From assembly GCA_964494945.1 (NCBI GenBank), contig CAZBTX010000003.1, positions 47,897-111,896 on the forward strand: DNA of 64,000 nt, in the 5' to 3' direction. Of this stretch, positions 34,743-45,301 are shown in pieces. The DNA is from an uncultured Candidatus Saccharibacteria bacterium. GTDB lineage: Bacteria > Patescibacteriota > Minisyncoccia > Sungbacterales > JACQCQ01. The notes under the pieces are model-generated. The model was not told the DNA's origin and did not search any database. It saw only the letters and a list, made by a program, of their open reading frames with translations. Position numbers and translations under genes: made by a program. Numbering within the stretch: the first letter of the stretch is position 1; each line of letters opens with the position of its first letter.

Positions 34743-35600
34743 ATGCAAAAAGTTCTCATTATAGGCGGCTCGCGTTTTATCGGCCCATTTTTGGTGGAGG
34801 AGTTGCTTTTCAGGGGTCATGAAGTCACTGTGTTTAATCGGGGACGGATTCAAAAACAATATCCCGACAGAGTGCGATTTATACCAGGAGACCGAAATGA
34901 CGGCTTTGGCGTCAAAGAGCGGTTTGATGCGGTAATAGATATGTGCGCTATGTATGGCGCACATACGGCAAAAGCCATTAACGAATTAGTTTTTGATTTT
35001 TTTGTCAATTTGGGGACAGCCGCGGTTTATGAGAAATCCGAACTTTTTCCCCTTACCGAAGAATCTAATTTGGGTAATTGGTCCTTGTGGGGCGACTACA
35101 ATCGCGGCAAGGTAGAGTGTGAACGTGTTCTCGCAAAAAGCGGAGTCAGCTACGCTTCTCTCCGTCCGGTTTACATACTCGGACCCAGGAACTATTTACT
35201 GCGCGAAGCATTTATTTATGCAAAACTAAAGCGTGGCGAGCCGTTGATTCTTCCCGGCAACGGTCAAGCGCTTTTACAATTCATTCATGCGCGTGAGGTC
35301 GCGGCGTCACTTGCCCTTATTATGGAAAAACGAATTGAGGGAGTTTTTAACTGTGCTGGCGATAAAATAGTTACATTAAGAGGTTTAATTGAGGAGATGG
35401 CTGGAATTGTTCACAAAGAACCGCACATTGAATATAATCCCAAGGCCGATGGCTGGAGATTTAACGCACGGGAGTTTCCATTTGCTAATGAAAATTTTGT
35501 TGTCGCTAATGATAAAATAAAGGGTCTGGGCGCGCGCTTCGCGCCCATTTCCGAGTTCCTCCGAAGCGATTATGATAACTATTATGAAAAAATCATCTAG
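34743..35600 (+). CDS. NAD-dependent epimerase/dehydratase family protein
   Basis: Rossmann GGSRFIG motif and YxxxK-type catalytic context; start at ATG 34743. Confidence 0.7.
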   Translation: MQKVLIIGGSRFIGPFLVEELLFRGHEVTVFNRGRIQKQYPDRVRFIPGDRNDGFGVKERFDAVIDMCAMYGAHTAKAINELVFDFFVNLGTAAVYEKSELFPLTEESNLGNWSLWGDYNRGKVECERVLAKSGVSYASLRPVYILGPRNYLLREAFIYAKLKRGEPLILPGNGQALLQFIHAREVAASLALIMEKRIEGVFNCAGDKIVTLRGLIEEMAGIVHKEPHIEYNPKADGWRFNAREFPFANENFVVANDKIKGLGARFAPISEFLRSDYDNYYEKII

Positions 35601-36327
35601 CCCCATTGCTGTTATTCTCGCCGCCGGCCGGGGAAAACGTCTTGGAGAATTTACGCGTTTAAAGCCCAAGTGTCTCATTGAGGTAGGCGGCTTACCCATT
35701 TTGCATCGTCAACTTACGGCGCTGGAGACGTACGGAGTAAAAAAAGTTGCTATAACGGTGGGGTTTTTGGCGGAAATGGTGAAAACGTACGCTGTTACGC
35801 ATTTCTCAAATATGGACTTTATCTTCGTGCATAATCCGGATTTTGAAAACACCAACACGCTTTATTCCCTGGCGCTCGCTGCCGAAGAAATAGATTATCG
35901 CGGGGTCGTTTTGCAATTAAACGGCGATGTGGTTTTTGACCCGGGGGTTATTGAGCGTCTGCTGAATACAGATGAAAATGAGTGCTATGTTGGCGTAAAG
36001 ATCGCATTGTGCGGGAAAGAAGAAGTAAAAGTTGTGCTTGCCCCCGGTAACACCGTGAGCGCGATAAGCAAGCAATGCGACCCGAACCGGGCCGCCGGGG
36101 AGGCCGTGGGGATCAATAAATTCTCCCACGTTTTCTGGGGGGCACTATCACGCAATTTACAATCCTTGAAAATGAAGCTCCCGCACGAATATTTTGAATA
36201 CGCCGTAGAGCGAACAATAGGGGAAGGAGCAAAAATTCAAGCGTTCAATATAGCGCCTCATCGGGCTATGGAAATAGACTTTCCCGCCGACCTCGCGGCC
36301 GCTAGAAAAAAATTTAAGAACGAATAA
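35584..36327 (+). CDS. Sugar-phosphate nucleotidyltransferase (NTP_transferase fold; LicC/cytidylyltransferase-like)
   Basis: 'AVILAAGRGKRLGE' G-rich loop. Confidence 0.7.
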   Translation: MKKSSSPIAVILAAGRGKRLGEFTRLKPKCLIEVGGLPILHRQLTALETYGVKKVAITVGFLAEMVKTYAVTHFSNMDFIFVHNPDFENTNTLYSLALAAEEIDYRGVVLQLNGDVVFDPGVIERLLNTDENECYVGVKIALCGKEEVKVVLAPGNTVSAISKQCDPNRAAGEAVGINKFSHVFWGALSRNLQSLKMKLPHEYFEYAVERTIGEGAKIQAFNIAPHRAMEIDFPADLAAARKKFKNE

Positions 36328-38789
36328 TGAATTTAGCCAGGGCTTTTAAACTCATCACAACTGTCCAAAATAAGCGAACCACCTATCAAGAATTGGCGGA
36401 ATTTTTGTTTAGTGAAGCTCCGCCTCAAGACCATAATTTCTTGCGGAGAATCAACGACTCGGTCATTTCAGAAAATATAAAATCTAGATCGTATGACGAG
36501 ATATTGGAACTTAGCGAGTCGCCAAGGGCTGGTGCGACCATTGCGTTTCTTATCAACTATCCATTTCAATATTATATTTACAAAAATATATATCGTTATC
36601 TGCCGGAGGCGGAATTCGTAATTGACGCCGCATGGATTCGGCGCAATGTGGATAACTGGCAAGAACTTTTGGAGTCATTCGCATCATTTTTGCAAGCCGA
36701 GAAAGCATATTTCAGAATATTTACACCTGCCTCCAAACCGGAAGAATTTTTTGCGGGTTATGAAGTTTTAATTTCCTATAGCCGCACGCCGCCCATTGAT
36801 TTTCCGTGCAATGTTCACAAAAAGAAAATCAGGGTGATGTATGGGCACAGCAAGGATTTATGGAATTTCGGCGCTTGGTCGCGCGTTTTCGATTTGGCTT
36901 TGACATACGGACCCTATAGCCACGAACGCATGAGTCCGTACGTGAAAAGCGTTGTAGTCGGTAATCCGCGATTTGATGACTGGTTTAATCGGAGCACCAA
37001 ATCATCAAGCGCCTCGTACATTGAGAAAAGAATTGACAGCAGCAAAAAAACTGTATTTTATGTTCCAACCCATGGCAGTCTTTCCTCGCTCGAAAAAATG
37101 CCCGGCGCGTTGTTTGATCTCAACAAACTTTATAATGTTATTATCCGACCGCATCCGTTAACGCTCTATACGGAGCGTGAAAGGTTTATGCGATTTAAAG
37201 AGGCGGTAGAAAAGCAGGACAGGACCGGCAAAATTGTCTGGCTTGATGATACCGTGGATCTTATTGATATATTGTTTGTTTCTGACATCGTTATTTCCGA
37301 CAACAGCGGCGCAATCTTTGACGCGGTACTTGTTGATAAGCCACTGGTATTGCTTGATTTTCTGAAAGAAGATTTTTTTGAGAGCGAACTTAAAAATATT
37401 AAGCAATGGAAACCGGATTTATCCACTAGGCCGCTCACTTATTCTCAAAGCATTGAACAGCGCATAAAAAAAGAGGATGAGCTTAAGCCGGGAGAGATCG
37501 TTTCCCGCAAAGAAGAAATATGCTCTGCCGTCGCTAAGGCGTTGGCCAACGAGCATTATTACAGGCCGCGGAGGCGAAGAGTCAGGAAAATGCTTTTTTC
37601 ATTTTGCGACGGCAGTTCCGGTAAACGCGCCGCAGATGCTGTACACGCGCTTTTAGAGAGTTCGCCGCAAGAGAAGACTCTAATTGCGATACAAACGGAC
37701 ATCGAGATTCGTTGGTATGCCGCGCATATCCACAAAATCTTTAACATACTGTATAAAGCCATTCGCGATTATCTTAATATTTCACCCACCCTGATAAGGG
37801 AAGCTGGCCTTTTTTCTCCGGGGGAAGAAGACTTGCGCGACATTCTTTTTAGTGTAGTAATACCGACGCGCAATCAATGCCAATCTTTAGATAGAACACT
37901 AGCATCGCTTATCTCACAGGACGGCATCGCAAAAAACCGCTTTGAAATATTGATTGTGGACAATAATTCCGATGACCAAACAAAAAGAACGACCGAATGT
38001 TTTATAAAAGACCACCCGGATTACAGAATTCGCTACCTTGCCTTAAGAGAAAACAAGGGTCTGGCGTTTGCGAAGAATGTTGGGATTAATTGTGCTCGCG
38101 GGTACGTTGTTGCATTTACAGACGATAATTCTGTACTGCCGCGGCAATGGCTTGCCGATTTTCGGAATGATTTTGAAAATAATCCGGAGATTGCCGGGAG
38201 CGGAGGATGGTTGGAACCGGGAGCGCCGATGGATAGCGAAGAATCAAGTGTTTATAACAAGCATGTGTATTTGCAGAGGACAGTGCCCCTGAAGCATCCG
38301 TATAAATCTATTGCGGCAGATTCCGATATCAGTTGCGTAAGCACAAGCAATATCTGCTATAAGAAATCGGTTTTGTATAAAATTGGTGGATTTAATCACT
38401 ATTTTGGGTCTGCCGCTATGAATGATTACGAATTTAAGATCCGTTTGCATGAATTAAAGTTTCCATTTTTTTACAATGCAAGGCCGGTCATGCGTTTAAA
38501 AAGTGTTTCGCTGTCCGATTTTACGCGTTATTGGCTTCTGCAGGGATGGGGCTATTTTTTGGCGCACAAAGTTCATCCCGCTCAAGCGCATCTAAACTGC
38601 TCTTTGTGGTATTGCATTTTTAATGCTGTTCGCGGAATTTTGCGTGTTGTAAAAGAGAAAAATTTTGCGGTATTAAAGCTGTCAATGCTGGATAAGTTAA
38701 AACTATCTCTTCTTGTTGTATTAGAAAACTTATGTCTGTGGTTTGGGAAATACTGGGTGCCGTTATTCTTGAATGAGGATTTTGGCTAA
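36327..38789 (+). CDS. Fusion protein: CDP-glycerol glycerophosphotransferase (TagF/TagB-like) N-terminal part plus family-2 glycosyltransferase C-terminal part
   Basis: TagF-like '...IIRPHP...SDNSGAIFDAVLVDKP' region; GT2 'FSVVIPTRNQ...ILIVDNNSDD...' region. Confidence 0.65.
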   Translation: MNLARAFKLITTVQNKRTTYQELAEFLFSEAPPQDHNFLRRINDSVISENIKSRSYDEILELSESPRAGATIAFLINYPFQYYIYKNIYRYLPEAEFVIDAAWIRRNVDNWQELLESFASFLQAEKAYFRIFTPASKPEEFFAGYEVLISYSRTPPIDFPCNVHKKKIRVMYGHSKDLWNFGAWSRVFDLALTYGPYSHERMSPYVKSVVVGNPRFDDWFNRSTKSSSASYIEKRIDSSKKTVFYVPTHGSLSSLEKMPGALFDLNKLYNVIIRPHPLTLYTERERFMRFKEAVEKQDRTGKIVWLDDTVDLIDILFVSDIVISDNSGAIFDAVLVDKPLVLLDFLKEDFFESELKNIKQWKPDLSTRPLTYSQSIEQRIKKEDELKPGEIVSRKEEICSAVAKALANEHYYRPRRRRVRKMLFSFCDGSSGKRAADAVHALLESSPQEKTLIAIQTDIEIRWYAAHIHKIFNILYKAIRDYLNISPTLIREAGLFSPGEEDLRDILFSVVIPTRNQCQSLDRTLASLISQDGIAKNRFEILIVDNNSDDQTKRTTECFIKDHPDYRIRYLALRENKGLAFAKNVGINCARGYVVAFTDDNSVLPRQWLADFRNDFENNPEIAGSGGWLEPGAPMDSEESSVYNKHVYLQRTVPLKHPYKSIAADSDISCVSTSNICYKKSVLYKIGGFNHYFGSAAMNDYEFKIRLHELKFPFFYNARPVMRLKSVSLSDFTRYWLLQGWGYFLAHKVHPAQAHLNCSLWYCIFNAVRGILRVVKEKNFAVLKLSMLDKLKLSLLVVLENLCLWFGKYWVPLFLNEDFG

Positions 38790-38854
38790 CCTGAAAACCA
38801 CAAGCCTAAATACGGGCCAGTTGCTCTTTTGGGTCGGTATGACAGCAGCCATTT

Positions 38855-39946
38855 TTACGATGATTCAAAGAACCTTTTAATTAGGTTGATTGTTCGCATA
38901 GTTTCTTTTTCCGGGATCTTGCTATCGGTAGGCAGAACTAAAGATTCTTCGGAGATTTTTTCGGCAATCGGGAAATCGCCCCTTTTGTATCCTAGATGTT
39001 CAAACGCGCCGAAATACGGCAGAAGAACTCCGTACTCTATGCGCGCCGTAACCCCACCTCTCTTCAAAAATCTATGCAGTTCACCTCTTTCCTTAGTGAG
39101 AACGACGTATCTGTAGCCGTTGATAAAATAATCGGATTGATGCGCGATTTCGGGGAGCACTAGTTCGTCCATTCCGCGAAGCAATTTCGCATACAAGAAA
39201 TAATTTTTTCGCCATGCATAAACGGTTTTATCCAAATTCTTAAGATTTTCACTCAATATCGCAGCGTGAAATTGGCTTAAACGGCTCGCTACACCAATTA
39301 TGGGATGACGGGTACTTATGTCCCCAGGCCTCGCGCCGTACATCTTCATAAAAAAAATTTTTTCTGCCAGCACGGCGATATTGGTAGCTATCGCGCCGCC
39401 ATCGCCGTAACTGGAAAGAATTTTGGTGGGATTAAAACTGAAGCAGGCCAAGTCGCTGTAATATCCGGGCGATTTCCCTTTATATTTTGAGCCGATGGCT
39501 TGCGCGGCATCTTCAATCAGAAATAGATTATGCTTTTTCGCTATGGCCGAAATTCTTTCCATATCGGCCATCCTGCCGTTTAGATGGACAGCAATTATAG
39601 CTTTCGTTTTTGAAGTAATCGCTTGCTCAATTTTTGTCGGGTCAATATTTAAACTTTCTTTTTCAATATCCACAAAAACCGGTTTCGCGTTAATCCAGGC
39701 AACCGCGCCAGCAGTTGAGAAAAAACTAAGCGCGGGCACAATAACTTCGTCGCCGGGGCCTATCCCTAGCGCTTTTAAGGCAATAATAAGAGCATCCGTC
39801 CCGCTCGCCACACTTATGACGCTATTGATGTCGAGATAATGCGCCAATTTTCTTTCAAAATCAAAGGTTGTACCCCGTGTGACGTTCCCATTCTTAAGAG
39901 TTTTAAAAAAGGACAGCAGGATTTTAATTTTAGAGAGGAGATTCAT
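38855..39946 (-). CDS. DegT/DnrJ/EryC1/StrS-family PLP-dependent sugar aminotransferase
   Basis: Family-typical length and motifs (…SGTDALIIALKALGIGPGDEVIVPALSF…, Lys-containing PLP region). Confidence 0.75.
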   Translation of the reverse strand: MNLLSKIKILLSFFKTLKNGNVTRGTTFDFERKLAHYLDINSVISVASGTDALIIALKALGIGPGDEVIVPALSFFSTAGAVAWINAKPVFVDIEKESLNIDPTKIEQAITSKTKAIIAVHLNGRMADMERISAIAKKHNLFLIEDAAQAIGSKYKGKSPGYYSDLACFSFNPTKILSSYGDGGAIATNIAVLAEKIFFMKMYGARPGDISTRHPIIGVASRLSQFHAAILSENLKNLDKTVYAWRKNYFLYAKLLRGMDELVLPEIAHQSDYFINGYRYVVLTKERGELHRFLKRGGVTARIEYGVLLPYFGAFEHLGYKRGDFPIAEKISEESLVLPTDSKIPEKETMRTINLIKRFFESS

Positions 39947-41247
39947 TTAAAATTTTTGATGAATGGGGGGGTTTTGCCGTCCTTGTTCGGCATAATAAAC
40001 GGTACTTTCTCAATAGTGCATGAAACCTCATTGTGGAAAATGTCTTTTAGAGATGCCAATAATCTGGTATCTGAATTCTCTACGTAATATTCTGATGGTG
40101 CAAAACGGAATATAAATTTATCTTGGCTAACCTGTTCCAATTGAAATTTCTTGATTTCTCTATGGAAATATTTCGCAATTAGTGAATTTATTCCAATAAA
40201 TGAGACAAATTTGCCACTTGGGGTTTCAATGCTGGTCGCGGATCGCCCGGTGAATGTAATGGTTTTTGTTTGTTTTCCGCACGGACACGGCTCCGTGCGG
40301 ATAACCCCTCGGTCTCCGATGTCGTAACGTATAAATGGCATGACAAAATTATGAAAATAAGTCACCACAATTCTCCCATTAACTTCTTCCGGTAAGGTAT
40401 TCCCATCATCATCTATTATTTCAGCATAATTTACCCACGGGGTGAGATGGAAATTGCCCCTTTTACACTCAAGTGCTATGGAAGAACATTCGCGTGTGCC
40501 GTAGTTGGAGAATATTTTACCTTGATAAATATTGCGTAGATAATCTCGATCGGTTGGTGTAAGCTGTTCTCCAACAGTACGGATGATTTTTGCACTACAG
40601 AAAAATCCGTCCAACTTAAGGAAATGCGCAAGTCGTTTTAGGTTGGTTGGTGTTCCTATAATTGCTGAAGGATTCGCGTTATTTATAAAACGATAGAGTT
40701 GGTTTTTCCGCGTTTTATCATTTTCTATGTCTGTCTCCGAGAAGCGTGTTCCAAAACTGTTCAATTGTTGATGTGTTTTAAGTCCAAGAATGAGCGCGGG
40801 CTTATCCAATGTGAATCCGAACTCAGAAAATTCATAGATAACACCGGCCTCACGCCATACAAACTCTCGTGAATCCCGGAAAAACTCCAGCGGTTCAGCT
40901 GTGGATCCTGATGTCGTGGTTCGAACACGGTGTTTTAGATTAGAAGTTTTAACTTGGAATGCCTCTCTGCATTTTTTAAGATCGGAGCGCGTAATAATTG
41001 GAAGTTGATAAAATTTTTTATCGGAGATTAGTCTTGGCTCAAAGTGTAATTTCTCAAAAACTGATTCCCAATATGGGGTGCCGCGCGCAGTTCTGAGTAT
41101 GTTTTTCAATCTTGCTTTTTGGATCTTATGCCACGAAGTAGCGGGGAGTGTATTTGCTAGTTCTAGTATATAAGCAAGATACTTTGGGTTTCGATACATC
41201 CAACTCGGGGTACATCCAAGAATAAATTCAAGAAAGAAGTTTTTCAT
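39943..41247 (-). CDS. CapK-like adenylate-forming enzyme (phenylacetate-CoA ligase / F390 synthetase family), copy 1
   Basis: AMP-binding motif TTSGSTAEP and PaaK-family architecture. Confidence 0.65.
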   Translation of the reverse strand: MKNFFLEFILGCTPSWMYRNPKYLAYILELANTLPATSWHKIQKARLKNILRTARGTPYWESVFEKLHFEPRLISDKKFYQLPIITRSDLKKCREAFQVKTSNLKHRVRTTTSGSTAEPLEFFRDSREFVWREAGVIYEFSEFGFTLDKPALILGLKTHQQLNSFGTRFSETDIENDKTRKNQLYRFINNANPSAIIGTPTNLKRLAHFLKLDGFFCSAKIIRTVGEQLTPTDRDYLRNIYQGKIFSNYGTRECSSIALECKRGNFHLTPWVNYAEIIDDDGNTLPEEVNGRIVVTYFHNFVMPFIRYDIGDRGVIRTEPCPCGKQTKTITFTGRSATSIETPSGKFVSFIGINSLIAKYFHREIKKFQLEQVSQDKFIFRFAPSEYYVENSDTRLLASLKDIFHNEVSCTIEKVPFIMPNKDGKTPPFIKNFK

Positions 41248-41297
41248 TATGTATTGCTAGCGAGAGGGCTTATATCTATGCCTCGCCAGATATACTA

Positions 41298-42569
41298 TCA
41301 TCGTATGTTGACTATTGTTTTTCGTTTGCCGTTAGCCATTGGTTCTATGTAATCTACCAACCTGATTACGAACCGCGATGTGTTATTTGTAAGTTTTTTG
41401 ATATCCAACTTTAATCGTGATACAAGGTCATATCGAATGGGTTCGAACGGAACTATACGGATTTCAAATATCCCCGAAGATCGTGATACGATTTGATATT
41501 GCATCACATAAGCGCTGTAGTGGTTCATGATATCAGCAAATTCAAAATGATGAATTTTGCCTACGCGGGTATTTATGAATGAAGCTACTCTCCCCGCCAA
41601 GTGTAGACGGGGAGATGCTACCCCGCAGGGGCAAGGGGTATTATCTAAGCGTCCATAATCTCCCGTATGGTATCTTATGAACGGCATATTGAAATTGTAT
41701 AGATCTGTAATGATAATATTTCCCGCTACACCGGGTGGTGTAGGAAAACCATTATCATCAACTATTTCTATAAGTAGCGTTTCTTCATTGATGTGAAACC
41801 CCGTTTGATAACCGCACTCTTGCCCAATAGCTCCAAATTCTTCCATACCATATCTATCGTAGACAGTGCATTGGAATAGTTTCTCAATATAGCGTCTAGT
41901 GGCGGGAAATAACTTTTCTCCATAAGAAATTATAAATTTTGGATTGAGCACATTTATCTCACGACTACTCATATACTTAGCTAATTCTAGGAGCACGGAA
42001 GGAAAAGATTCAATAACTTCGGGACTGAAGTTAGATATTTTAGAAAAAGCAACAGCTTTATTTCTAATAATATCTTGTACAGGAATAAAAAGACGGTAAG
42101 AGTGCTTGAATGGCGTCAGACGAATATGGACCATTCTGAGTCCTAGCATTATTTTCTGGAGACTGATCCCCTGCCATATCAAGGACCGGTATCCAAGAAA
42201 ATCGTGATAGTAATTGGGCAATGGGAAGTTGTGGATCACAAATTCAAAAGGTGCGCCAGTGGAGCCTGAAGTTTGTTTGCGCACAAGATGTTCTTGGGAT
42301 AAGGCATTGATGTAATCCGAAGCGCTTCTTTTTCTGAAAGTATTTTTATCAATAATAGGAAGATGGGTGAGTTCTACAATACCTTTGAATTTCTTGGGAG
42401 GGATGTCTATTTCGCGCATAATTCTGCTGTAAAGTGGAACTTTTTCAGCAAAATGCCGTACTAGTTTCTTTAAGCGATGATTTTGCCAGATTTTAACGAA
42501 TCTTCTTGGCATAGTATGAATACTTTTCCACACTTCGAACTCAATTCTATTTGTATACAGAAGTGCCAT
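41298..42569 (-). CDS. CapK-like adenylate-forming enzyme, copy 2 (tandem paralog)
   Basis: Motif QTSGSTGAPFEF; similar length. Confidence 0.65.
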   Translation of the reverse strand: MALLYTNRIEFEVWKSIHTMPRRFVKIWQNHRLKKLVRHFAEKVPLYSRIMREIDIPPKKFKGIVELTHLPIIDKNTFRKRSASDYINALSQEHLVRKQTSGSTGAPFEFVIHNFPLPNYYHDFLGYRSLIWQGISLQKIMLGLRMVHIRLTPFKHSYRLFIPVQDIIRNKAVAFSKISNFSPEVIESFPSVLLELAKYMSSREINVLNPKFIISYGEKLFPATRRYIEKLFQCTVYDRYGMEEFGAIGQECGYQTGFHINEETLLIEIVDDNGFPTPPGVAGNIIITDLYNFNMPFIRYHTGDYGRLDNTPCPCGVASPRLHLAGRVASFINTRVGKIHHFEFADIMNHYSAYVMQYQIVSRSSGIFEIRIVPFEPIRYDLVSRLKLDIKKLTNNTSRFVIRLVDYIEPMANGKRKTIVNIR

Positions 42570-42615
42570 GTTTATTTTTCTAAAACCAGGTGCGCTTACT
42601 GGGTTATTACTGAGA

Positions 42616-43020
42616 TTACTTTATTTGGCGCACTTCACCAATGTGCCAAGAGCCGTTTTTGATCAAAGTAATGATGCGGTTATCTATTTTTTTGTTCGTA
42701 TTTATTATAGATGATGACAGTTGTAGTGAATAATATACCTTAGCTAAGTTCTGCCCATAAATGCGAATTAATACATCTTTATATATTGAAACCCCAATAA
42801 CATTAATGTGCTTTTGTATATTTTCTATGAATTGCTCTCTATTAATAAACCTACCATTTATTTCTATAGATGCTTTTAGAGAATAAAACTCTTTAAGTTT
42901 CTCCCAGTTCCTCGTTTTTATCGCGCTCTGTAGTGTAGTTAATAAATTGGCGATTTCTTTTTCCGGGCGAGTCACGGGCTTTTCTAAATAATAGATAGCT
43001 GTGTGCATATTTGTTAACAT
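42616..43020 (-). CDS. Hypothetical 134-aa protein (NTF2/SnoaL-like?), low-GC
   Basis: ORF only; weak fold guess. Confidence 0.4.
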   Translation of the reverse strand: MLTNMHTAIYYLEKPVTRPEKEIANLLTTLQSAIKTRNWEKLKEFYSLKASIEINGRFINREQFIENIQKHINVIGVSIYKDVLIRIYGQNLAKVYYSLQLSSSIINTNKKIDNRIITLIKNGSWHIGEVRQIK

Positions 43021-43026
43021 GAAGAT

Positions 43027-43707
43027 TTATTTAACTATTTCCCATATGTCAATATCGCTTCTATAAGGCACTCTAATGCGGCGCGTTACAATAGATACTA
43101 TAACATGCGCAACATCTTTAGCTGGCCTGCCAACGAAGCTTGTCATTGAAGTTGCTGTTGCGTCCGGATTTACAAGATAAATATCCAGGTGAGGATATTC
43201 TGCCGCTAAGGATTTAGTGAAACCACGAATGCCGAACTTTGAGGCACAATACGTTGCAAGATTTGCACTTCCGAATTTACTAAAACGGCTACCAATATTT
43301 ATAACCATTTCCTCAACATACGGTAAATACCTTTGTGTTAGTAATATTGGTCCCCAAAGATTGATTTGCAGTATTTTTTGTATTTCATTGTCAGTTCGTT
43401 TCAACAGAGAGCCATAGAAATTTATCCCAGCGTTATTAATTAAGATAGATATTGAGCCGTACCATTTAATGACTTGTTTTAGTGTTATATTGATACTTGC
43501 GGGATTTTGTAAATCTAGTTTAAGCAAGTGCACGTTAGGAGAACCGAGCCTAAGACATTCTTTAGCTATGCGCGTTGCGGTATGGTGCTTTCTGTGATAC
43601 CCAAGTATAAGAATTGCTCGCTCTTTTGCTAACTCTAGCGCGGTTGCTTCACCAATTCCTCCTGTAGCTCCTGTTAGTAATATGACCTTATTCTCTAAAC
43701 TTTTCAT
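43027..43707 (-). CDS. Short-chain dehydrogenase/reductase (SDR)
   Basis: TGATGGIG Rossmann motif, NNAG, YxxxK (YCASKFG). Confidence 0.8.
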   Translation of the reverse strand: MKSLENKVILLTGATGGIGEATALELAKERAILILGYHRKHHTATRIAKECLRLGSPNVHLLKLDLQNPASINITLKQVIKWYGSISILINNAGINFYGSLLKRTDNEIQKILQINLWGPILLTQRYLPYVEEMVINIGSRFSKFGSANLATYCASKFGIRGFTKSLAAEYPHLDIYLVNPDATATSMTSFVGRPAKDVAHVIVSIVTRRIRVPYRSDIDIWEIVK

Positions 43708-44185
43708 ATATTGACCAATGTATTTATTGAACGCCCTTACTTACTTTAATTAATAATAGACTGCGTTTCCCTGTGCGTATAAGAAATCAAAATAACCAAT
43801 CTCTTAAATCATGACCCGCTGGCTTAATTAATTCGGTATGCATCGTTGAATCTTCAGATAACTGCAGTGAACTTACTTAATTGTATTCAGCCTCTTTAGG
43901 GATTGATATCCTCGGCCAGGGAAGCTTATAGATAGTATAACCCCCGCACACTTCTCGTGCGGGGTCTGTGCTTGATACCGGGGGTTACATTTGAGGATTT
44001 ACCCCCCGTAGAGAAAGAAATCCCAGTTGTGCTTCTTCAACCCAAACGCTACTTTTTGAGTGTTTAGCCATCTGAAATAGGCGTTAAGAAAATAATATTA
44101 GTTTTATCCATTTGTAATTTGCGAGCATCTTTTAGTTAAAATGAGATAAAGATTAGAAAGATTAGTAAAACTATTAAGATCAAGA

Positions 44186-44226
44186 TAAAGAAGAAAAAGC
44201 CGACCCCCTTTATCTTGGAGTCGGCT
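44186..44226 (-). terminator. Terminator of the secreted-protein operon (AGCCGAC ... GTCGGCT then TTTTTCTTCTTT on the minus strand)
   Basis: 7-bp GC stem, 15-nt loop, T-run. Confidence 0.5.
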
Positions 44227-44248
44227 CTGTTGCGGCCGCGTAGCGGTC

Positions 44249-44716
44249 TTACTTCACCTTGTAGAACTTCCCCTCCCACGTCACCTTCCGGAGCTCGCCG
44301 GTTCCTCGCAGCATGCCGCCGAAAGTGGGAGAGTACTCCAAATCCCACTTGATCGTGCTCTCCGTTCCACCCTCGAGCTTGAGCTTGAGCTTCTTGTAGT
44401 CGGCGTCGAGGAACGCGGTACCGCTCATGGGGATGTTTCTGTTGCGGTTTGTGTACTGCAGATCGACGTTACCGGCGTCGTCGATCCTCTCCACCACGAA
44501 GATGGTGGGATTCATGCCGTCGTCGTACTTCCACTTGCCGAGGAGCGGCCGGAACTTCTCCGGGGTCTCGGAGGTGGACGCCTTCACAGCATCCTTGGGG
44601 GCACCCTCCTGCGCGACGACCGGGGCCTGCTGGGCCGCGGTGATGGTCGTGAACGTGAACACGTTCACGAGCGCGAACAGCGCGATGATGGGAGTGATAG
44701 CGGTGAGGTTCTTCAT
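44249..44716 (-). CDS. Secreted protein A, 155 aa, high-GC (about 64%), signal peptide MKNLTAITPIIALFALVNVFTFTTITAAQQAPVVAQ
   Basis: GGGAGAAGACC then ATG; classic n-h-c signal peptide; unknown mature domain. Confidence 0.6.
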   Translation of the reverse strand: MKNLTAITPIIALFALVNVFTFTTITAAQQAPVVAQEGAPKDAVKASTSETPEKFRPLLGKWKYDDGMNPTIFVVERIDDAGNVDLQYTNRNRNIPMSGTAFLDADYKKLKLKLEGGTESTIKWDLEYSPTFGGMLRGTGELRKVTWEGKFYKVK

Positions 44717-44741
44717 GGTCTTCTCCCTGTGTTGTGGCGGC

Positions 44742-45089
44742 CTATGTCCCACCACCCTTGACGATCTTGCGGGTCATCTCGTCAACCCCATCGGTTGAAT
44801 CCGGGCTGACGGCGACGCATCTGTGAGTTGCCCAGTCGTACTTCCCGTCCTCCGTGCCGCAGAGGGCGTCCAGGGCCCAGTCGATCCACGTCTCTTCCGG
44901 CTTGGCGCTGTCAAAGCGCGGCCAGTTGGCTGGTGCTGGCGCGAGCACACTGCCGCTACGAGACGTTTCTCCCCCCTGCGCGACGACCGGGGCCTGCTGG
45001 GCCACGGCGGGACTCGTGAACGTGAACACGTTCACGAAGACGAGCGCGAGAACCGTGATGATGGGAAAGAGCGGACGCTTCGTGGTCAT
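44742..45089 (-). CDS. Secreted protein B, 115 aa, high-GC, signal peptide nearly identical to protein A (…VLALVFVNVFTFTSPAVAQQAPVVAQ); unrelated mature domain
   Basis: GGGAGGTTCCGCA then ATG; about 60 nt of near-identical DNA shared with gene A across the signal-peptide region. Confidence 0.6.
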   Translation of the reverse strand: MTTKRPLFPIITVLALVFVNVFTFTSPAVAQQAPVVAQGGETSRSGSVLAPAPANWPRFDSAKPEETWIDWALDALCGTEDGKYDWATHRCVAVSPDSTDGVDEMTRKIVKGGGT

Positions 45090-45144
45090 TGCGGAACCTC
45101 CCATGGTTCGGGCTGGACCTAGAAGTCGTTTGTTGAGTATATTC

Positions 45145-45173
45145 TATATACTCTATTCCATTAAAAATGTCAA
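45145..45173 (-). promoter_or_regulatory. Sigma-70-like promoter for the secreted-protein operon (minus strand: TTGACA-N17-TATATA)
   Basis: Hexamers read directly as reverse complement of 45168-45173 and 45145-45150; about 55 nt upstream of ATG 45089. Confidence 0.55.
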
Positions 45174-45283
45174 GTTTAGCTTAAAAATACGGCTTTTCTA
45201 TAAAAACCCCTCAAACACCACACGAAACATCAAAAACTCCCAATAACTCTTACTCCCCGTGTACTGTTCTCTAATACTATTCT

Positions 45284-45301
45284 CTAATTCGTGCGAATTA
45301 G
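45284..45301. promoter_or_regulatory. Palindromic site CTAATTCG-TG-CGAATTAG, copy 1
   Basis: 8-2-8 inverted repeat; second copy at 45531-45552. Confidence 0.5.
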
